Of a DNA stretch of 63,740 nt, positions 56,609-63,740 are shown piece by piece (positions within the stretch are counted from its first letter, which is position 1; the number at the start of each line of letters is the position of its first letter). Origin of the DNA: Moniliella sp. 'wahieum'. Its lineage: Eukaryota. The stretch lies in assembly GCA_003971905.1 (NCBI GenBank), contig RSEE01000149.1, forward strand, positions 62,001-125,740. The letters run 5' to 3'. A program made the translations under genes and the position numbers. The notes under the pieces were generated by a model, which was not told where the DNA came from, did not search any database, and worked only from the letters and a program-made list of their open reading frames with translations.

Positions 56609-57990
56609 CTAGGAACTCCAACTAGTCATTACTGCATGGGGCAACCACGCGGCAGCGGGTCGGAGGTAAGCAACACTGGCCCCGTGCCATCCAAGGCGAG
56701 CAGCGCCGAACCGAGAGCTACCGAGTGGGAAGGCAGCGTGCTAAAACTATAATACCCCGTTCGGGCCTCCACACCGCCTCGCAGTCTCGCAGCGTCCCCA
56801 TTCTCGGAGTCTGTATCGCTCAGTGCAACTCACCCTCAGCAGCCTCAGCGCCCCAGCGCCTCAGCCACCTCCCACCATGTCCCAGCTCGTCTGCTGGGGG
56901 CTGGGGCGGGCCGGTCTAATGCATTAATCAGCGGTTACATTGATGCGCCATGTGCTTGTCTACCAGGCTTCAGGAGCTTCAGGGCCTCAGGCTAGCTTCA
57001 GACTTCACGTCACCGGTTACCGTCGGACAGTCTCTGGGTGTGGCAAGAGAAGGACACACACCTCCTGTGGGCCCATCCCGCGTCCCCGCCACTCGCCACT
57101 CGCCACTCGCCTGAGGACTACTCCACGGGCATCAGTGCACCAGCCATCATGCATCTGCATCAGCCCTGGGCGGGCGGAGGCGGGATAGTTTGGGGAGCGA
57201 GAAGGCGATTGAGAGAGTGGAGTGTCCCATGCCACAGGTGCTATCAGCACGCAGCGATCGTCGATGGTCGATGGCCCAGCCAGCGTCCCAGATCTCGAAA
57301 CGCGCGCCTCCGCGGACGGAGATAAGGCCGACCAAGATACGGGGCCACACCAAAGCCGAGACATGCCGCCACGTGGCGTCGGCCGCTTGGAAGGGATGCA
57401 GTTTTCAAACTTCAAGCTTCAAGCGGATCCCGGCAGCGAGGCTCGATCCCACCCCACACGTCGGCAGTGTCTCAGCAACCTCAGCGTCGCCCCGGCCAGT
57501 GGGCGCTGGGCCTCACTAGGTCACTAGAGCGCTTCAAAGCTTCAATATTCAATTCACTCAGATCGCTGATCTCGGAGCTTCAAGCTTCAGCGCCCTCAAC
57601 GTCTCACACCCGCGTTTCACAATTTCACGCCTTACCACATCATGCATCATGCATCACGCGTCCCACAATCCACATGCCGTTGCAAGTTGCAGCACGTGTC
57701 CATATCACGTGCTCTCCATCTCCCGCCCATGCTTTCTCCCACCTGATCATCGCTGTACGCGCCGATCCAGCACTCAGCGGCTAAATGTCCACACGCAAGG
57801 AATGGATGCAGGTATGGTTGAGCAGCAGACAATCTAAAGAATCAAGTGAAAAGGGGGCACAGGAGAACCAATACGCCACTGCGCCAATCCGCCCGTCCGA
57901 TCAAGTACAGGGGCAACCAAGGCAGAACAACGTGGGAGGTTGATTCAGTCCAGCAAGCAACCTCCTCCGTCCAACTCGCGCCTTGTCCAT

Positions 57991-58728
57991 TTACGAGTTG
58001 TGCCACAACAGCGTTTTCAGCCCCTTCCACTTCTCCGCATTGACGTACAAGTCTGTTGGCGCGTCAGTACCACATCATCTAATCTCTCCTCCATGCATAG
58101 GGCCAAGGAGAAAAGGGAGGGGGGGGGGGGGGGCAACGTACAGTCCATCGACATGACCAGTCCATTCTGCATGTCTGCCTCCGCGCAAAAGTCCCACATA
58201 ACCAAGGCCCAGGTCACCGCGGCAAACGTTGAACACCCGCGCGTCCGTAGGGATGGGCTTGGTCGCCGGCCAATCGGGAGCGACCTTAGCGCGAGGGAGG
58301 AAGGAGGAGACAATGCGAGCGGTGCAGTAGAGCACAATTTGCTCATTCACTGCATTCCGTTCCCCAAACACCACGTAGCCCCCCAACGCACCGGCCAACA
58401 AGGCCTCCAGTTGGTCTCCGCCACTCGCGCCGGTCAACGAAGGCGGCTTAGCGTACCGCCCACGCAGCGATCGCAGAAGGATCGTGGCGCCCTTGTAAGC
58501 GCAGCAAACTTGAGTATTGGTGGCATGTTGCCGTGTCGCGCGGTACACGAACCGCGCCCGGTCCTGCGCCGAGCCGCGGCCAAACAGGACGGACATGACG
58601 AGCGCATGAGGGAACCGGATCTTGGCCCCATACACCGCACCATTGCGGGCTGCCTTGAGCACAGACAGGAGGCCGTGCAGCTCCGGGCGCAGGATGAGAG
58701 ATGTCAGAGCAGCATTTGCATCAGACAT
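57991..58728 (-). CDS. PXMP4: Peroxisomal membrane protein 4 (Tim17 family); intron 58053-58141
   Basis: LKAARNGAVYGAKIRFPHALVM, ATRQHA, AGALGGYVVFG, VNEQIVLY, spliced MD|YLYVNAEKWKGLKTLLWHNS*. Confidence 0.92.
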
Positions 58729-59777
58729 GGTATGGAGGGGGCAGACTGCCTAAGGTCGGGTCGGGAGAACGAGAGGTGGGGCGGGGAAGTCGGGCAGGCC
58801 GCCGGCCGAGTCTGCAAGCTCCAAGCTTTGCCCCTCGGGCGTCACGCGTCGCCCTGCTAGGCCGGGTGGGGCGTGTGTGGCCAGTGGTGGGCCTGTGTGG
58901 CCCCGGGCCGAGCATTGCAGGTGTGAAAGACGGCGCCATGAGGATTAGGTAATCGGGTGGATATGGAGCACTACTTACCGGTTGCCGGTTACTGATTGCC
59001 GGTTACATTTAGATTGGTTGCAACTGGCCCAGGCTGGCGCAGTGCGCTTCAGTGGTCACCGGTCACCGCACAGGGGCACTGCAGCCAGCCCTATAATAAG
59101 CGTAATGGTTGCCCCCTTCGTTGCTCCTGTCCTTCGCTCCCCCTTCCGGGTTGCGTCCGCCTTCGCTTGTGCTCCACTCACTACTTCCTTTCCGCTATGG
59201 TCTGATACTCAGATGAGTTTCCTGACGTTTTCCCTCCGCGCGTTGGGGGCCAAAACATAAGCGGAGGAAAAGTACAGTGGATCCAAAAGAAATAAGAAAA
59301 CGAGAAGCCGACGGGAAGATCTCTGCAGGAAAATCACCGTCTGATCCACATAAGACGGGATGAGAACAACTAACTCGAATCGGAAGAGAGAGCAAGGCAA
59401 AGACAAGAATTGAAAAAACGCTCACTCGTTCCCTTAAAGCGAAATTGTTCTATGCACAGCAGATGCGGACTCTTTTTGCACTAAAAAAGAGGAAATGACA
59501 GTACTAGAGTCATAGGTTGGCTGTCTCGTACCCTTTTACAATTTGCTCGTCTCGAGCGTCTCGCTCTTTTTCCCTATTCTTCCGCTTCACGCCAATGTCC
59601 TTTGCTGTTGTTTCTTCCCCACGAACAATTCCGACATTTTTGGCCTAGTCTTGGCTCTTGCCTCCCTCGCCTTCTCAGAGCCTCGACTGTGATAGGTAGT
59701 GTAAGCACTCTCCTCGCCAACAGTCTCTTTTACCCTATCCAGTCTGATAACACAGTCCACAATAAGACACTAAGAGA

Positions 59778-59966
59778 GATGAAATCCACATAAGGGCAGA
59801 GCAAGGCGATGAAATCCACAAGGACAGAGAACAAGGAAAGGAGAGATGAAATCCACAAAGACAGGGAAAAGGAAAGGAGAGATGAAATCCACATAAGGGC
59901 AGAGAAAAGGCGAAGAAATCCATATGGATGGGGAAAGAAAACGAGCGATGAAATCCGCATGGGAAC
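59778..59966. repeat. Irregular minisatellite: core GATGAAATCCACA x6, period 30-37 bp
   Basis: Cores at 59778, 59808, 59845, 59881, 59912, 59947, separated by purine-rich linkers. Confidence 0.85.
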
Positions 59967-60002
59967 AGAACACAAAGGAGCGAGAGAGGGCGCTGAGAAA
60001 GC

Positions 60003-61878
60003 CTAGGCGGAGCGACCAAAAAGAAACGAAAGTGGAAGAGATAAAGGTAGGAAACAAGTAAAGACACATGGGGTGGAGGGGAGGCGTTGCCTACACGGCC
60101 GACCGCGTGGATACGATGATCGGTTCGGGATCCGGAATGGGATACTCGATGCCATCGAGGACGATGGTGCGAATGGGTGCCGAGTTGGCGACCAGCGGAT
60201 GGCCGCGCCAGCTGGGTGGTGCGCAGGTGGGGTGTGAAGACGATTGACGTCGAGAGAATTCTCGGCGGGGACCGATTCCGTCTCGGGAACGGGAAGCAGT
60301 GCCGGCGCAGTGGGGACCGCTTCGTGCTGACGGTCCTCCTGTTTTTCCGGTGGTTGCTTCGATCCATTCTCCACCTTGTTGGGCTTGGAGCTGGACGGCC
60401 CCGGTTTCTTGCTCCCCTTGTCCTCGGGTCCCTGTTGACCAGAAAGAAGAAGCAAGCGCGACGGCGCCTCCTGCGGACGGCCAAAGACAATGTCCGAACC
60501 AGGCATGTACTCGTACCCGGCCTTGTTGGCGTCGAGGAAAAAGTCCGGGTCGGCAGTCGCGGCGCCCTTGCGGAACTGGTCCCCATCGAGCAACCCAGTC
60601 CCTGCAGCGGCGGCTTGGCCTCGTCCACTTCCTTGCGCACAGCTTGCATGTGCACCCGTAGCTGTCGCAACGTGCCTGTCTGTACGCTCGGCAACGGACG
60701 GGACGATCCATAGGTAAACGCCCGACGTCTCTACATCTTCCTCCAGTAACGCCGTGGGTGCCGGTACGCTGATCTGGGCAAGGCATTGACGCGCTTGGTC
60801 TTCGTCCCACTCCGTCTGCAGCGGGTAGGCACAAACGTGACGGACAATGGCTGAGCGAACGGTGCGCAGTTCCTGACGCGCCTCGAGTGCAATGCGCTCG
60901 TATTTCTGGCTGCGTTCGCTGAGCTTTTGCTGTCGCATCACCGACCGTTCTTTCTCCCGACTAACATGGTTGATGCACCACGTAGCCTGGGCAAAGGAGC
61001 ACTCGAGGGTTTGGTGCAAACTGCCCTTGTGGTGCTCAGAAGCCCGTCGGGTGGGCAACTTGTGCAGCTCGACAATTGTCATTTCGGGCAAGGCAGCGAC
61101 GCCAATGTTGGCCACACGAGCTTGGGCCATGATGGTAAACAAGCGGCCGCTAAGAATCTTGGCCATCTGCAAAATAGGGGAGATGGTACGGGTCAATTCG
61201 TATTCGTGACCATTGAGGATCTCCTTGCCCGTGGGGATGCGCGACTTGATGCGAATGTCGACCGTCTTGGCAATCGCTTTGCGCACACAGGCCAGTAACT
61301 CCTGTGCGGTCTTTTTGGCCTTTTCAAGATATCCCATCCCGGCGCATGTGCTTCTCGCGCTCCGATTCAAACAGCAGTTTCTTGCTCAGGTCCGTCAAAG
61401 AGTCGAGCTGGAACTGGGCTTTCTTCTCGTGGGTGTGCCAAAGGCCTGCAATCTTCGTCGCGGGCAGAGGTTGGAAGAGCGTAGCATGGAACTGGTCCAG
61501 CTCTTGGACCACCTCACGGCGCTCCATGGCCAAGTGCTGGAGACGAGCCTTGTCCCGCTCTGCCTGCTCAATGTGTTGCAGCAGTTGCGCCAGACAAGCG
61601 CGGGCATCGGTCTCCCTCTGTCGAGCCCGGACCAGCTCCTGCTGTAGCTGCACCGCCCGACGTCTCTTGGCGCGCGAAAGACGCACAAGAGCGCGCTTGC
61701 CAAGGTGGGCGGTCAGTTCCTGGTGCTGCTGCTGGGACGACTGGGCCGCGATACCCATAGCGCGCAGTTCCTTCACCTGCACACACAGCGACCGCGACTG
61801 GTATAGATCGCCTCGTCAGCCCGCTCCCACTTGGCATCCAACACGCCAATGGCCTCAGCCGCGAGCTCAGCGTCTCAT
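60003..61878 (-). CDS. Hypothetical coiled-coil protein (frameshifted)
   Basis: ORFs 61324-61782 and 60003-61370 overlap and are helical and Q/E/R-rich; no family recognised. Confidence 0.6.
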
Positions 61879-63200
61879 GTCGCGCGCGCCCGGCCGTAGC
61901 CAAGGCAAGAGCCGCGGTGGGGGCCAAGACGGACATGGCTCGTTGGTGGGGGGGGCGGGGTGGTGTGCGGAAAGCACACCCTTCCTGTTTTGCGTGCGCC
62001 CCCACGATATACGCCCCCCACAACCGCATACCGAACGAGTGGGGCTTGGCAAGTCAATCATGATAATCAATCTTCTTCAATCTGCAAGCTTCAAGCTTCC
62101 TTCATCGAATTGATCATCAGCATCACGCGCACGGGCGTGTGGGCGGCCAGGACCGCAGTGTGCGCACGGCCTGCTCCTTCACTTCCAAGGGTCTTTCTTT
62201 CCCCTCGTTCGTTCGCGCAGAACAACAGAACGAGGTGTGACGAATGCTGAGTACACTGTGTATGCTGAGCTGGCCGTACTACAGAGGCGCAGAGGGCAGC
62301 GGAGCTAGAGAAGCGCATCAGTGTTCTACGGCCAGGGAACTAGCCTCTCATCTGCGCACTCCGTTCAGTTGAACGTTGAACGTTGGGGCAGTGAGAAACT
62401 CAGCCCAGGCGCCAGGTGGAGCGAGGAGGCTGAGCGCGCTGAGGGCCTGGGGCTCGTTCGTACTCAGCGCCCTCAGGGCCTCAGCCTGTGAATGTCAAAT
62501 GGTGAAGCTTGAAGGTGTTGCCTGTTGCCTGTGATATGTGACGCCAACTGTGAGTCAGCGCAGCCCACGACAGCTCAGCTTGAACGTTCAACTTCTACCC
62601 GTGCACGCCTGAGCTCAGGCCGCTCAGGGCGCTCAGGCTCAGGTCCACTCTTGAAGCGATCCCGCACGGTAACCCTATCTCTTTTTCGGTAGGGTTTTGG
62701 GAGGGTCACCGGTCAGGCCGGTGAGGGATTAAACTGCGTGCTGGGGTAAATATAAATGCACCTCGGTTCTCAAGCTTCAAAAGTTTCAAGTCCCTTGTCC
62801 CGCCCGAAGACCGACCCCGTCCGACGTCGGTCCCATTGCACCCCTTCCTCTCGCCCCAGGTCCCGACTCAGTATCCTGTCTCGTCCAATGATCGAAGTGA
62901 TCGTTGAGCGGACTACCTGTCACCATGTCACCACAGACGGAGACGATCAAAGGGCCTCGACGATCGCCCCCCCGTTTAGAGGTTGCGTGACCCTAGTATG
63001 GAAGAGAAGCAAAGGTATATATGTTGGACACACCTCCGTTTTTCAAAAAAGATTTTTATTTTTATTGCTCTTCTTTCATCAAGAGAGGATGGGATGGATG
63101 AGAACAGAGTCTGAAACGGCATTCTCCTTCGCGGGACACGAAATCGAAACCAGAAGGAAGCCAAAACAAGGAGAAAATCCGAGAAACACGGAGAAAGTGG

Positions 63201-63360
63201 GGGAAAGGGAAAGGGAAAGGGAAAGGGAAAGGGGAAAGGGAAAGGGAAAGGGAAAGGGAAAGAAAGGAAAGGGAAAGGAAAGGGAAAGGGAAGGGAAAGG
63301 GAAAGGGAAAGGGAAAGGGAAAGGGAAAGGGAAAGGGAAAAGAGAAAGGGAAAGGGAAAG
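63201..63360. repeat. (GGGAAA)n microsatellite
   Basis: About 160-bp purine-only tract. Confidence 0.97.
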
Positions 63361-63740
63361 TAAGAAGAAGAATGGAGATTTTTTTGTGTTGGTTGTATTG
63401 ATAGTGTGGATGATACCAAAGTTCTCTTATTTTTCTTCGTCCCACAAACGCGGGGGACCTTGTAATCGGAGGGGGGATATCTTCGCCTCCTCCCGATTGT
63501 GTGGTGTTGATCAAAATGGAAAAAGATAATGATAATGGAAGCTTTCAAGAGAGATAAGATGGGGTAGATCGTATCAATCATCTCATCATCGGGCACGAGA
63601 GATCCCCGTAATAATGCTTAGGATCTCGCTCTTGCCTTGTTGTGGTGATGAGTTGACAGAGACTGATCTCATCCCGTCTCATCTCGAATTTTGTCTTGTC
63701 GGATTTCAATATGTTTTCAATAGAGATGGGATGTGGATAC

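Noticed and set aside
59778..59966. CRISPR-like repeat-spacer array
   Set aside because: Core is only 13 bp and the linkers are low-complexity and similar to each other (linkers 1 and 4 nearly identical)
62756..63596. ORFs of 150-257 aa at the window end
   Set aside because: Kept open largely by the stop-free (GGGAAA)n tract

Overview
Eukaryotic, GC-rich, intron-poor fungal genomic DNA. The GTACGT/GTGCGC...CTRAC...YAG introns, intron-containing tRNAs and gene content suggest a basidiomycete, probably Ustilaginomycotina-like (inference). Nearly every conserved gene is broken by 1-nt indels, most likely uncorrected long-read errors, so CDS boundaries are approximate. Genes: MCH1-like MFS transporter, two DHA1 MFS transporters, FPR4-type FKBP, vigilin/Scp160, GT90 glycosyltransferase, an INO4-like bHLH missed by the ORF track, SRP40/Nopp140, an ammonium transporter, MSS4 PIP5K, TRS23, YDJ1, an ABCC transporter, PXMP4 and two hypothetical genes. 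RNA genes: tRNA-Asp, tRNA-Ala, tRNA-Pro and a defective tRNA-Ile. There is one full-length, young Ty3/Gypsy chromovirus (27044-32800; identical 181-bp LTRs, CTCTC TSD) with a Tf1-like self-priming structure instead of a tRNA PBS. The most striking unexplained signal is an intergenic 7-bp-period pattern, (TGA + 4-nt palindrome)n. The palindromic core changes from unit to unit (AGCT, CCGG, TGCA, CGCG, TTAA, CTAG, ACGT, GCGC, CATG, GGCC, TCGA, ATAT) while the register is kept, and the arrays recur in most promoter-sized gaps of the window.
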